Shown: piece after piece, positions 28,364-37,983 of the stretch
Numbering within the stretch: the stretch's first letter is position 1
How the letters are laid out: each line of letters begins with the position of its first letter
Source of the DNA: Chloroflexota bacterium
GTDB taxonomy: Bacteria > Chloroflexota > UBA11872 > VXNJ01
DNA length: 64,000 nucleotides
Reading direction: 5' to 3'
Assembly: GCA_965261345.1 (NCBI GenBank)
Contig: OZ253449.1
Span: forward strand, 2,208,001 to 2,272,000
The notes under the pieces: generated by a model
What the model saw: the letters and a program-made list of their open reading frames with translations, nothing else
Databases searched by the model: none
What the model was told of the DNA's origin: nothing
Made by a program: the position numbers and the translations under genes

Positions 28364-29137
28364 CTAAAAGATCGTAAACCCGCCATCGACGACGAGGTCC
28401 AGGCCGACCGTGAAATTCGAGGCCGCAGACGCCAAGTAAATCACCGCACCCTGAAGGTCCTCGACCGAACCCATGCGCCCGATCGGAGTGTCGCGCAGCC
28501 AGATCGGCTGACAGTGCTCGCGGATCCGGGGGTTGTCGGCCATATCGGTGGTAATGTAGCCGGGGCTGAGGGCGTTGACATAAATGCCATGCGCGATCCA
28601 TTCGGCCGCCAGCGAGCGGGTCAGGTGAATCAGGCCGGCTTTGGAGGTGTTGTAGTGCGCCTGCCACTGCGGGCGGTTGACTATGCTGCCCGACATCGAG
28701 GCGTTGTTGATGATCTTGCCGCCCCCGGTGGGAATCATGGCCCGGGCTTCGGCCTGCATGCATAAGAACGGCCCCTTGAGGTTGGTGTCAATTACCCAGT
28801 CCCAACCCGCTTCCGAGGTGTCCAGGGTGGCGGCGTGCTCGCCGACGCCGGCATTGTTGACTGCAATGTCAAGGCGATCCCAGCGGGCCACTATATCCTC
28901 GACGAATCCATCAACCTCTGATTTTTGGGTCACGTCCGCCGGCAATACCAGGGTGCGTCGCCCAAGGCCGTCGATCGCCGCGGCGGTCTCTTCCAACGGC
29001 GCCTGGCGGCGCCCGACCAGGGCGACGTCGGCCCCGGCTTCAGCCAGCCCAATCGCCAGTGCCCGCCCGATGCCAGAACCGGCGCCGGTTACCACGGCGT
29101 TCTTGTCGGCCAGCGAAAATCGATCGAGTACACCCAT
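28364..29137 (-). CDS. Short-chain dehydrogenase/reductase
   Basis: TGAGSGIG, NNAG, YNTSK (YxxxK) and VNALSPG motifs. Confidence 0.95.
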   Translation of the reverse strand: MGVLDRFSLADKNAVVTGAGSGIGRALAIGLAEAGADVALVGRRQAPLEETAAAIDGLGRRTLVLPADVTQKSEVDGFVEDIVARWDRLDIAVNNAGVGEHAATLDTSEAGWDWVIDTNLKGPFLCMQAEARAMIPTGGGKIINNASMSGSIVNRPQWQAHYNTSKAGLIHLTRSLAAEWIAHGIYVNALSPGYITTDMADNPRIREHCQPIWLRDTPIGRMGSVEDLQGAVIYLASAASNFTVGLDLVVDGGFTIF

Positions 29138-29236
29138 CAGCATCTCCTATTTAAGTTGCCTGCCGTCTAACTTTTGCATTAACGCGCTCCTAGAATTTTT
29201 AATGAGTCGGCAGCACCCGGAACGAAAAAATAACCA

Positions 29237-29548
29237 ATGGCAAAAACTGGACCGCGGATCAAGGCCCTCAGCCTGAACCCCGACGCCAAGCCAACCAGAA
29301 TCGATACCGACCGTTACTACCAGATGAAGGCGGCGATCCTGTCCGAAATCTGCGGCCGCAAGCTGGCCATCGCCTTCTCCGATCTGGCTCCGACCCTGGT
29401 GACCAGGCTCCGTGGTCCAGTCTGGCGCGGCGCCTCGATCAAATGGCATGCCACGACCGTAAAGTTGGATCTTGAGGCCCGTGGCCTGATCCACCGGACT
29501 CAGATTCGCAATCGCCAATACCTAAATCCTGGACCCGGATCGCGATGA
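29237..29548 (+). CDS. Small winged-helix-like hypothetical protein (DUF6958-like)
   Basis: W...TVKLDLEARG motif. Confidence 0.7.
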   Translation: MAKTGPRIKALSLNPDAKPTRIDTDRYYQMKAAILSEICGRKLAIAFSDLAPTLVTRLRGPVWRGASIKWHATTVKLDLEARGLIHRTQIRNRQYLNPGPGSR

Positions 29549-29943
29549 CAGGCACGGCCTGGTCAAGGCGCCTGGTGCGCTATCTCTATCTACTGGGCGG
29601 CCTGCTGTGCCTGCTGTTGGCAGGCATTGGCGTGGTGGTCCCGGGAATGCCGACCACGGTGTTTCTGTTGCTGGCGGCCGGAGCGTTTGCGCGCAGCTGC
29701 CCGGTTATGTATCGCTGGCTGATCGACAACCGGCTATTTGGCCCTTACCTGCGCGCCTGGCAGGAAAATCCTTCGCTTCCGCGCTGGCTGAAGGCCTACA
29801 TCGTCGCGGTAATACTTTTCAGCGTTACCGCGTCGCTGCTGCTGGCAAACCCGCCGTTCCTGATCGGGGTACCGGCGGTCGGACTGGCGCTGGTGGGCTG
29901 TTATTGGGTCTCGCTCAGGGTTCCCACCCGGACGGCTGGTTGA
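29545..29943 (+). CDS. YbaN/DUF454 family membrane protein
   Basis: GIGxxxPGxPTTxFLLLAA..FARS and FGPY motifs. Confidence 0.9.
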   Translation: MTGTAWSRRLVRYLYLLGGLLCLLLAGIGVVVPGMPTTVFLLLAAGAFARSCPVMYRWLIDNRLFGPYLRAWQENPSLPRWLKAYIVAVILFSVTASLLLANPPFLIGVPAVGLALVGCYWVSLRVPTRTAG

Positions 29944-29961
29944 GGCCGGCAAATAACCGCT

Positions 29962-30663
29962 CTAAGCCTTAATCGCCGAGGGACAGAGTTCGGCCAGTTG
30001 GCAGTTAGGGCAATCAGCCCGGCGGGCCTTGCAGATCCGGCGGCCGTGCCAAATCAAGCTATGCCCAAAGAAAACCCACTCGGCCTGGTCCACCAGCGCC
30101 ATTAGGTCCTTTTCAATCCTTACTGGGTCCTGGGCGGTGGTCAATCCCAAGCGTTGGGCGAGCCGGCTGATATGGGTATCTACGACGATCCCGCTGGCGA
30201 TTCCAAACGCGGTTCCAAGCACCACGTTGGCTGTCTTACGGGCTACTCCGCGAAGGGTCAGCAACTCGTCCATCGAGGCGGGCAACCGGCCGTCGTACTC
30301 CTCAACCACCCTGGTCGCGGCGGCCTTGATCGCCCGCGCCTTATTGCGGAAGAACCCGGTGCGCCGAACCAACTCTTCAATTTCAGCAAGATCGGCGGCG
30401 GCAAAGTCGGTCGGCGAGGGAAAGCGGGCAAACAAGGCCGGAGTCTCGGCGTTGACCCGTTCGTCGGTGCATTGCGCCGAAAGAATCGTGGCAACGGTAA
30501 GCTCCCATGCGCTGGAATATTGCAGTTCGCAGTCGGCATCGGGGTACAGCGCCCTGAGTTGGGCCACGATCGTTGCGGTCCGCTCGGTTCGCTTGGCTCG
30601 GCTTTCGCGCCAGCGCCGAATCTTGACTGCGCCGGATTTAGGTTTGGCATTGCGGGCGGCCAA
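29962..30663 (-). CDS. nth: Endonuclease III
   Basis: ILSAQCTDERVN, HhH GVARKTANVV, VDTH and C-x6-C-x2-C-x5-C 4Fe-4S motif. Confidence 0.97.
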   Translation of the reverse strand: MAARNAKPKSGAVKIRRWRESRAKRTERTATIVAQLRALYPDADCELQYSSAWELTVATILSAQCTDERVNAETPALFARFPSPTDFAAADLAEIEELVRRTGFFRNKARAIKAAATRVVEEYDGRLPASMDELLTLRGVARKTANVVLGTAFGIASGIVVDTHISRLAQRLGLTTAQDPVRIEKDLMALVDQAEWVFFGHSLIWHGRRICKARRADCPNCQLAELCPSAIKA

Positions 30664-30770
30664 TTAACGCTACCTTTGGTACTTTGCTACATGTCGTGAT
30701 TATCTTGGTAGATTGCCAATCTGCCCGGTTATTGTGAAGGCTGGCGAAAAAGATTTGGAGCTGGCCAGAG

Positions 30771-31637
30771 TTGAGTGGATGGACATTTGAACAGGTTTCG
30801 ACGGGCCACGCCTTTAGCGAAGGGCCCCAGTGGACCGGCGATTCGATCCTGTTTACCGATCTGTACAACCATCGGATCCTCAGATTTGACCCGGCCAGCG
30901 GCCGGACCGAGTGTTACTTTCAGGGCGTGCTGCAGGGCAACGGCCTGCTGTATTCGCAATCTCGCCGGCTCTACTGTTGCGAGATGGTCGGCCGCTGCGT
31001 CTCCGAAATTGGACCCGGCCGTCGGGTGGTGGTCGACTCACATGCCGGTCGCCGGCTCAATTCACCCAACGACATAACCGAGGATTCGGCCGGCCGGCTA
31101 TGGTTTACCGATCCTCGCTACGGCCATATCCGCCGCGATATGGAACTGGATCACGAGTCGATTTTTCGCTATGACCCCGCCGGCGATGGCCTCAAGCGCC
31201 TCACCTTCGATACAACTCGCCCCAATGGTCTGCTGCTGTCGGCCGACGAGAAAACCCTCTACGTGGCCCAGAGCGATTACGGAGAGGCGGCCAAGCGCGA
31301 ACTGCGCGCCTATCCGGTCCTGCCCGACCAGACCCTCGGGCCCCACCGGGTGCTGCACAATTTTTTTCCGGGGCGCGGGGTTGATGGGATGGCCCTTAGT
31401 GACACCGACCACGTCCTGGCGGTCTCGGGTTGGGCGGTGAGCGGGCAGGGCCCGATGATTACGGTTTTTGAAGATTCCGGGCGGGTGACCGAGACCCAGC
31501 CGACACCCTATCCGGTGCCCACCAATATCTGTTTTGGGGGCCCCGATCTTTCCGATCTATACCTGACCGCCGGTGATGGCTGCCTTTACCGGGTCGCCGA
31601 CTCCGGTTACCGTGGCGCCGAACGCTACCGCCGCTGA
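30771..31637 (+). CDS. SMP-30/gluconolactonase family protein
   Basis: SEGP, NSPND, FTDPRYG, PNGL, DGM and TNICFGG motifs. Confidence 0.92.
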   Translation: MSGWTFEQVSTGHAFSEGPQWTGDSILFTDLYNHRILRFDPASGRTECYFQGVLQGNGLLYSQSRRLYCCEMVGRCVSEIGPGRRVVVDSHAGRRLNSPNDITEDSAGRLWFTDPRYGHIRRDMELDHESIFRYDPAGDGLKRLTFDTTRPNGLLLSADEKTLYVAQSDYGEAAKRELRAYPVLPDQTLGPHRVLHNFFPGRGVDGMALSDTDHVLAVSGWAVSGQGPMITVFEDSGRVTETQPTPYPVPTNICFGGPDLSDLYLTAGDGCLYRVADSGYRGAERYRR

Positions 31638-31708
31638 TCGCGGCGGTAGCGAAGAAAATACTGGCCCCAAAAACAGGTAGGCGGTGACCGGGTGATTGGA
31701 TTGGATTC

Positions 31709-34027
31709 TTAGTCGCGATTGGTTCCGGATCGGACGTTGCGGCCGGGCGCGTAGCGGGAAAGCAGGGCCGACCGGTCGATCCACATCTCGCCGACCTGGA
31801 ATGCGAAACCGCCTTGATGGAGTGGCGCCATATCGGCCTGGCCGGTGTCCGCGTGGTCTCTATTGCGGCGCAGGTGCGCGGTTCGTTCTGGCATGTAGAG
31901 AGAGAGCAGGCCGAGCATGTAGGCCCGATCTAGTTCACGGCGCCAGGTTGGCGGTTGCTCGCGGATTGAAAATCCCAACCGCCGAGCTCCCCGAAAAAGT
32001 AGGGTCGTTGCGGTAACCGCTTGCACACAGCGACCATTGCGGTCGAGCGAACCGTCGGCCATTTGTTGCGACAGGGCGGCCAGATCTTCGCGCAGGGTTT
32101 TGATGACCTGCCAGGTCCGGACCGGCGCGGCGGCACCGGCCAATCGGGCAAGCTGGCGGTTGGAAAAGTGAATCCGGCAAATTAAATCACCGCGGCGTAT
32201 ACGATTTCCATCTGGCAATATGAGCGGACGCCAATCCTTATGGATTTCCAAACCGTAGAGTAATAGGCCGTCGCTGCGCACCGGTTGCAACCGGTGCCAA
32301 CGCGAGTAAAGTCGATCCCAAACCCACCAAATCCAGAGCAGGCCGGAGGGGCGGCCCGGTGCGTGCTTGCCGGCGGATTTGAGGGCTATGCGCAACCCGG
32401 CGTGGGCCATTTGCCCAGCCACACGGGTCGCCGGCGGAGAAGGCGCTCCCGGTGCCGGCCCACCGGCCGAATACCAGCGCCGTCCAATCCCCAGAAAGCC
32501 CAACGCCCAGCGTAGAAACATCCAGATCATCCCGATCCGCCAGGGCAGGGCGCGCAACCGCCGCGGCGAGGTGCGAATACTTGCGGCGCCGCGGTTTTGG
32601 CCGAGAAATTGGCTTGGACCGATGCGCTGCAACCGGCCGTTTGAGGATCGCAGCGACGCGGTCGCGCGGCGCATCAAATCCAGGTCCTCGGCCAGCTGCA
32701 GCTCGCAATCAAATCCGCCGAGGCGCTGGAATAGCTCCCAGTCTAAGTAGACCATCTGGGAATGGATGTCAAAGAGCCGCTTGCCAAATTCCAAAGCGTT
32801 GAAGAATCCGCACTCCCAGAAATTGTTCGATGCCGACTTGACCCGGATACTCCCGCCGTGGGAGCCGTTGCGCCAAGCTGAGGCCACTGCCAGAAGAACC
32901 GCCGGCTCCAGCGTGGAATCTGCATCCAGAAAAACCAGCACGTCGCCACGTGCCAGGGTCGCGCCCAGATTTTTTGCCCGCGCCGTGCCACGGTTCGGTT
33001 CTTGCGCCAGGCGCACCGGCGGCATATCCGCCGGGGTGTCCGTCCAGCGGCGCGCCAGATTCTCGACCACGTCTACGGTGGTGTCGCGTGAACCGTTGTC
33101 TACGACCACGCATTCCACTCGGTCAAGCGGATATTGCTGCTCGGCAACCGATTTGAGCGCAAAGGTGATGTGGGATTGTTCGTTGAGGGCGGGCACAATT
33201 ACTGAAATAAGCGGCGATTTTTGGTTGCCCTGGGACCGGCCATTGCCCAGCGCGAGCAACTGGCTGGCCGTTACGATGTCCCGTTGTGCCGCCAAAGCGG
33301 TAAGGTGATCGAGCACGCGCCGCCGCGCGCGGCCATCCTGGAGCCGTTGCGGATGCAGGAACACCTTGACCACCGGGCTGCGCGACAGACCTCCGTAACG
33401 GAGCCGGGCGAGCGCCGCGACGGCCCAGTTGCCCAATTGCAGCAACCGCTCGTGGAAGCCGCCAACTCCCATAAAACCCTGCCACGGGGTCGCGATCGCC
33501 CGCCCGGTCCGCAAGTCGCGCAACCCCGACTGTTCGAGCACATAGCGGTATCCGGCAGACGCCACACCGGACCGACCGGCGTGATTGGTCAGCCAGGCCG
33601 GGGCGCAAAATCCGTCCGGCTCCACCCCGATGGCTTCGACGATAGCGCGCCGAGCGGCAAGGGCGGCTTCGCCGGCGATGGGAGCCGACAGGCTTGAGAA
33701 TTCACTAGCCCGCGGGGCAAACAGCCGGCCCCGCAGGCGGGCAAGCGGCGAACCCTGCAACCTGCCGCGGGTCGTGTGCGACCAGCCGTGGGCAACGATC
33801 TCACTGCCGGCGGCGACCTCTGCCCGCAGCAGCCTGCACAGCTCCGCGTCTTCTGCCAGCGGCCAACGACCGGCATAGCAGGGCACCACCTTGAGTACGC
33901 GCGGCCGGATGTTGCGCTGATCCAACTCGTCGAGCAACTGGCGCACTCCAGACGCAAACGGCGGCGCCACATCATGAATCGTAACCAGCAATTTGGGCCT
34001 GGGTCGCGAGCGGGAGTCGGCGCGCAT
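31709..34027 (-). CDS. Fusion of DUF2334/polysaccharide deacetylase, GT2 glycosyltransferase and YkoP-like domains
   Basis: N-term VTIHDV, AHGWSH, SEF, GFCAPAW, LHP; middle SVIVPALNE, VVDNGS, FLDADS, GGFD..AED; C-term GDxIxxIHFSN, RRLGF, EMWI. The start is uncertain (34027-34195). Confidence 0.8.
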   Translation of the reverse strand: MRADSRSRPRPKLLVTIHDVAPPFASGVRQLLDELDQRNIRPRVLKVVPCYAGRWPLAEDAELCRLLRAEVAAGSEIVAHGWSHTTRGRLQGSPLARLRGRLFAPRASEFSSLSAPIAGEAALAARRAIVEAIGVEPDGFCAPAWLTNHAGRSGVASAGYRYVLEQSGLRDLRTGRAIATPWQGFMGVGGFHERLLQLGNWAVAALARLRYGGLSRSPVVKVFLHPQRLQDGRARRRVLDHLTALAAQRDIVTASQLLALGNGRSQGNQKSPLISVIVPALNEQSHITFALKSVAEQQYPLDRVECVVVDNGSRDTTVDVVENLARRWTDTPADMPPVRLAQEPNRGTARAKNLGATLARGDVLVFLDADSTLEPAVLLAVASAWRNGSHGGSIRVKSASNNFWECGFFNALEFGKRLFDIHSQMVYLDWELFQRLGGFDCELQLAEDLDLMRRATASLRSSNGRLQRIGPSQFLGQNRGAASIRTSPRRLRALPWRIGMIWMFLRWALGFLGIGRRWYSAGGPAPGAPSPPATRVAGQMAHAGLRIALKSAGKHAPGRPSGLLWIWWVWDRLYSRWHRLQPVRSDGLLLYGLEIHKDWRPLILPDGNRIRRGDLICRIHFSNRQLARLAGAAAPVRTWQVIKTLREDLAALSQQMADGSLDRNGRCVQAVTATTLLFRGARRLGFSIREQPPTWRRELDRAYMLGLLSLYMPERTAHLRRNRDHADTGQADMAPLHQGGFAFQVGEMWIDRSALLSRYAPGRNVRSGTNRD

Positions 34028-34681
34028 TCCCTTCATCCTAGAGTTCCAACCCCGCCGCACCGGAGACATCGATACGGGTTCGATCTCCAACCCCAGGGTG
34101 CGCCGCCCGCGGATATCAGGTCCAAAGTTCCTGCCTGCCTCATCGCTGAAAAGGTTGCTGACGGTGGCAGCCCACAGCGCCGCCACGGCGCCCATCGCGC
34201 TTGATTATTCTTCCCCCGCCACTTCCTCCCGCGGTACAAATTGCTCTGCTACGCCCCGGCGGGCAGCACCAGATAAATTACCTGCTGCCGGTGGCTCTCC
34301 GTTTGCTGCGCTAATCTCCGCCTCTCTTGAATCTTTAGGCGATCACTCTTCCAAATCCGCTAATTTTCGGACTCGCCGCGGTTATTTAGGATCTGACGGG
34401 AACCTGACGGAAATTAGCGGTTGCCAAGTCGGCGTGCCCGCAGCGACCGCCCGGTCGGGAGCTAGCAGCTGCCCAATTCTTGGCCTGCGGGTGCACTCGA
34501 TGGCCAAAACCGGGCCGGGTCGACCGATCGCGGTCAGGTGACCAGCAAAAACCGGCTGAACTTGTGACCGCCCGCCCCCGGCAGCAACCGGCCGGTATTT
34601 CCCCTCGGGCAAACCAAAATTGTTGCGGGAATGTTGCGGGCATTTTGCCCGAATAACCGAAGGCGGCGGCGGCCACTGCGG

Positions 34682-34754
<73 letters not shown>

Positions 34755-34798
34755 GCAAGAGTATAAGAGCGCCCGCCAGCGCGGTTTTCTTGAAGGAG

Positions 34799-35083
34799 TT
34801 AGGCGACCTGGCGCTCGCGCAGATTGGCCACGTGCCCGCGTATGTTGCGGGCCAGATCCTCATCGGATGCGGCAGATTCAGCCATCTGAATGAAGTCTTC
34901 CGAGGAGAGTTGCAACTGGGCCAGCACCCGACGGTCGATCGGGCAGGGATAAATGTATTCGTCGATGTAGCCGCCGGCCAAGGCCAGCGCTTTATCTGAC
35001 ATGCGCGCAATCCAGGGCACGCCGTCGACGGCCACGTCGCGGCCGCGCGGACGGAACGGACGTTCGATGGTGGGTTCGGTCAT
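34799..35083 (-). CDS. DUF5069-like small protein
   Basis: PR....G..WxARMxDKA...G.I.EY.YPCPxD pattern. Confidence 0.75.
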   Translation of the reverse strand: MTEPTIERPFRPRGRDVAVDGVPWIARMSDKALALAGGYIDEYIYPCPIDRRVLAQLQLSSEDFIQMAESAASDEDLARNIRGHVANLRERQVA

Positions 35084-35164
35084 CTTCAGGCTCCAGCCGG
35101 GCGATTAGTTTGCAGGCGCACGCATTGCTTGAGTCTATTCGCTGATCCGACGAAATTCCACCGC

Positions 35165-36118
35165 CTAGGGCAACCGATCCAGTCCCATTTCATGGACCAG
35201 CTCGGTGACTTCGTCCGGCCTGGCCACCGGTTCGGCCAGGGCCGCAAGCAACGACTTTCGCCGATTGGCAGATTGTGGTCCAGCCGGGCCGGACTCAAAC
35301 CGATCGAGCGCGGTCAGCAGGGCCAGGAAACGATGGACTCCCAGCAGCTCCGGCCGGTAGCCGCCGCCGCCGATGTATTCGAAAAGGCCGATCAATTCAA
35401 GCGCCAGTGGCGTGGTGACCGCACAGGTGAAGTGATCGGTTGCCCCGCGGGCTCCGCTGGCGATTAGGTAGGACACCAAGCGGCGTTCCACCCACTCGGC
35501 CCCCAGCACTGAGAAGTCGACAACCGCGACCGACTGTCCATCGCTAACCAGGTTGCTGGCCGAACAATCCAGCGACCCGTAATTCCAAGACCCCTGCCAG
35601 GCGATCTCATAGACCGGCTGCAGCAGATCCTCGGCATCGAAGAGATCGGGGTTGATCGACCGGCAGGCCCGGGCGGTGCTGGCCAGCTCCCCCCGATCGC
35701 GCTCGCGCAGGTGCTCGTCGATTAGCTGGTCGGATTCGCTGCGCGACCCCGACAGATCGGCGAATATGAGATCGATGGCCAGCAGCGAACGCAGGGCGAC
35801 AGATACCTGGGGATCGTCGCGATCATGGCTGATGACCGCGTCCAGGGTTTGCTCACCGACCCAGGAAAGCAGCAGTGCCGCCTCCTCCATATTGGCGGCA
35901 ATCACCTGCGGGGCGGGCGCGTCGAATGCGGCCAACTGTTCGAGCGTGGCCTTCTCGGTGCGGTAGGCGTCCAGATCCTGTCCGTATAGCTTTAGGGCCC
36001 AACGCCGACCGTCTGACCCGCTGACTGAGTAACAGGCTCGTCCGTTGGAACGTTCAACTATCGGCTGAGTCGAAACCGTGGCTCCGGTCAAATCCGCGGC
36101 CAGTTGATCGGGCTTCAC
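35165..36118 (-). CDS. Aminoglycoside phosphotransferase/choline kinase-like protein
   Basis: ALKLY, E..L..L, PxVI, DxxxxN (DCSASN) and VDF kinase motifs. Confidence 0.75.
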   Translation of the reverse strand: MKPDQLAADLTGATVSTQPIVERSNGRACYSVSGSDGRRWALKLYGQDLDAYRTEKATLEQLAAFDAPAPQVIAANMEEAALLLSWVGEQTLDAVISHDRDDPQVSVALRSLLAIDLIFADLSGSRSESDQLIDEHLRERDRGELASTARACRSINPDLFDAEDLLQPVYEIAWQGSWNYGSLDCSASNLVSDGQSVAVVDFSVLGAEWVERRLVSYLIASGARGATDHFTCAVTTPLALELIGLFEYIGGGGYRPELLGVHRFLALLTALDRFESGPAGPQSANRRKSLLAALAEPVARPDEVTELVHEMGLDRLP

Positions 36119-36379
36119 TGCCCCGACCTCAATCTCAGCCGCAACTCGGGTGTGAACGCAGGCCGGTCGGCCAAAGCGGCATCAACCCGGATTGGCGCCG
36201 GTGCGGGAGCAGTACTGCAGGTTGGAAATGACCCAACGCCTGGTTTGGCTGAGAGGCGGCGGCGGGTTATCGTGGAATGCCCGCACGCCGAGCCGGTGGC
36301 GTGGCGATCGAGCGGCAGCCGGTTCATCCGTTCTGCCCCATAGGCAAAAATCGGATAATCCGGCCAGGGCTCGATCGTG

Positions 36380-36898
36380 ATGCGAACACTAGTACTCAAT
36401 CAGGATTACCAGCCGCTAAACATTTGCGCGGACCGGCGCGCATTCGTGCTGCTCGATCGCGGCAAGGCCGACCTCATCAGCGAGTACCGACAGCGCTTTG
36501 CCACGTTCTCCGGTTCGCTGGTCCGACCGTCGGTTATCCGCATGCGCTACTACATCCGGCGCCCCCAGCCGGGGGCTAATCTGGGTCGCCGAGAACTGTT
36601 TGAGCGGGATGATCACTCCTGTCAGTACTGCGGCGCGCGCAACGCCGAATTTACGGTCGATCACGTTGTTCCCAAGCGCCTGGGCGGAGCCGGAACCTGG
36701 GAAAACCTGGTAACTAGTTGCCGAATGTGCAATCTGAAAAAAGGCGGTAAGACGTTGGGTGAGGCTGGGATGCGGCTTTACCGTAAACCCGGTCGGCCGA
36801 TCATTTCGATGAACCGGATGGTGCTTTCCAAGGCCGGGCCTCAAATTGATCCGAGCTGGCGGCAATTCCTTCAACCGGCGCTTATCAAGTCAGGCTAA
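36380..36898 (+). CDS. HNH endonuclease (McrA-like)
   Basis: LVLNxDYxP, RDxHxCQYCG, TVDHVVP..GG..TWENLV..C..CNxKK motifs. Confidence 0.93.
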   Translation: MRTLVLNQDYQPLNICADRRAFVLLDRGKADLISEYRQRFATFSGSLVRPSVIRMRYYIRRPQPGANLGRRELFERDDHSCQYCGARNAEFTVDHVVPKRLGGAGTWENLVTSCRMCNLKKGGKTLGEAGMRLYRKPGRPIISMNRMVLSKAGPQIDPSWRQFLQPALIKSG

Positions 36899-36922
36899 AC
36901 GCCCCGTCCGGGGCGCTAGTCG

Positions 36923-37135
36923 CTAGGGGTTGGCGCTTTCCTTCTCGTCGGATTCGGCGACCCCCTCCATATCGGCCTGGGCGTCCGATTCCTCGTCCTC
37001 CGGGCGAGCTTCCTGTCTAAATTCCCGAATGCTTCGACCCAACGCTCCGCCGATCCCGGATATCTTGCCGACACCGAAGACGACTAGAACGATTACCAGG
37101 ACGATCAGGAGTTCGAGCGGGCCTACCGATGGCAC
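36923..37135 (-). CDS. tatA: Twin-arginine translocase subunit TatA/E
   Basis: G..ELLIVLVIVLVVFG..K...G..LG..IREF pattern. Confidence 0.93.
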   Translation of the reverse strand: MPSVGPLELLIVLVIVLVVFGVGKISGIGGALGRSIREFRQEARPEDEESDAQADMEGVAESDEKESANP

Positions 37136-37225
37136 GATCTGAACCTTACTACTTAGGAGACTAGGTCCGCCGGTGCAATTGGCACCTGGGCGGCGGACGT
37201 TCCTATTTTAGGGAGTTGGTGGAAG

Positions 37226-37897
37226 TTAGCCGCGATGCAGGCCGCGGGCCTGCGGGCTCCCCAGGTAGGAGAGCGAGCGCTGGTAGTTGTCCTCGGATAT
37301 CCATCCCTTAGACATGTAGTAGGTCAGGATCTGACCTAGTTCGAGGATCGCGATCAGGTTGATCCCGGCCGCGCCGAGCCGAGCCGACGATTGCGCGGCT
37401 CGGTCGATTAGCACCACCGCGTCGGTGACCTCCAGGCCAACCGCGCGCAACGCCTCTGCGGTCTGGACCACCGACCCGCCCGAGGTGATCAGGTCGTCGA
37501 CGATGAGTACCGCCTGGCCGGGCAGGAATCGACCCTCAATGCGGGCCTCCGCGGCGGTGGCCGGGTTTACGTAAATTAAGGGAATATCGGCGGCCAATGA
37601 GATAGCGGTAGCCAGGTTGAGTCCACCCAATGGCACCCCGGCGATAAGGTCGAACGGTCCGCATTGCGGTCGGCGCCGACCCTGGCGTGACCAGATCTCC
37701 TCCAAGACCACGTCAGCAGCCGCGCGCAGCCCCGGCGGGTTGCAGCAGAGCACCTTGGGGTTCATGTAGACCGGAGAGTTGATGGTCGAACGGCCGAGCG
37801 TAAAGCTGCCAAATTCGATCCCACCCAGTTCGTAGATGGTACGGGCCAGGGCCAGGACGATCGATTCTTGGGCACTGGAATCTTGGGGAGGAATCAA
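37226..37897 (-). CDS. pyrE: Orotate phosphoribosyltransferase-like protein
   Basis: FGxFTL..SPxY and PRPP loop LIVDDLITSGGS; the catalytic-loop RK is not evident. Confidence 0.75.
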   Translation of the reverse strand: MIPPQDSSAQESIVLALARTIYELGGIEFGSFTLGRSTINSPVYMNPKVLCCNPPGLRAAADVVLEEIWSRQGRRRPQCGPFDLIAGVPLGGLNLATAISLAADIPLIYVNPATAAEARIEGRFLPGQAVLIVDDLITSGGSVVQTAEALRAVGLEVTDAVVLIDRAAQSSARLGAAGINLIAILELGQILTYYMSKGWISEDNYQRSLSYLGSPQARGLHRG

Positions 37898-37983
37898 AAA
37901 TTGCCCCGGGACTTGATTGGGTTTCTATCAAATCTAATAATCGGGCGCAAGCAAATTGACCGATCCGCCCGAGGAGGGTTCTG

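Noticed and set aside
34208-34221. TTCTTCCCCCGCCA resembling a tRNA 3' end (att remnant)
   Set aside because: 12/14 to the tRNA-Gln end but in the opposite orientation and short, so chance cannot be excluded.
36115-36399. 94-aa ORF with a GTGA overlap to the phosphotransferase
   Set aside because: No recognisable family or typical composition, and it overlaps the divergent HNH start; it may be a remnant but cannot be supported.
36380-36898. HNH nuclease as part of a defence system, with a GAAC-ACTA-GTAC SOS-like box at its start
   Set aside because: A common stand-alone HNH type among housekeeping genes with no methylase or ATPase partner. The box has a mismatch and lies inside the coding sequence.
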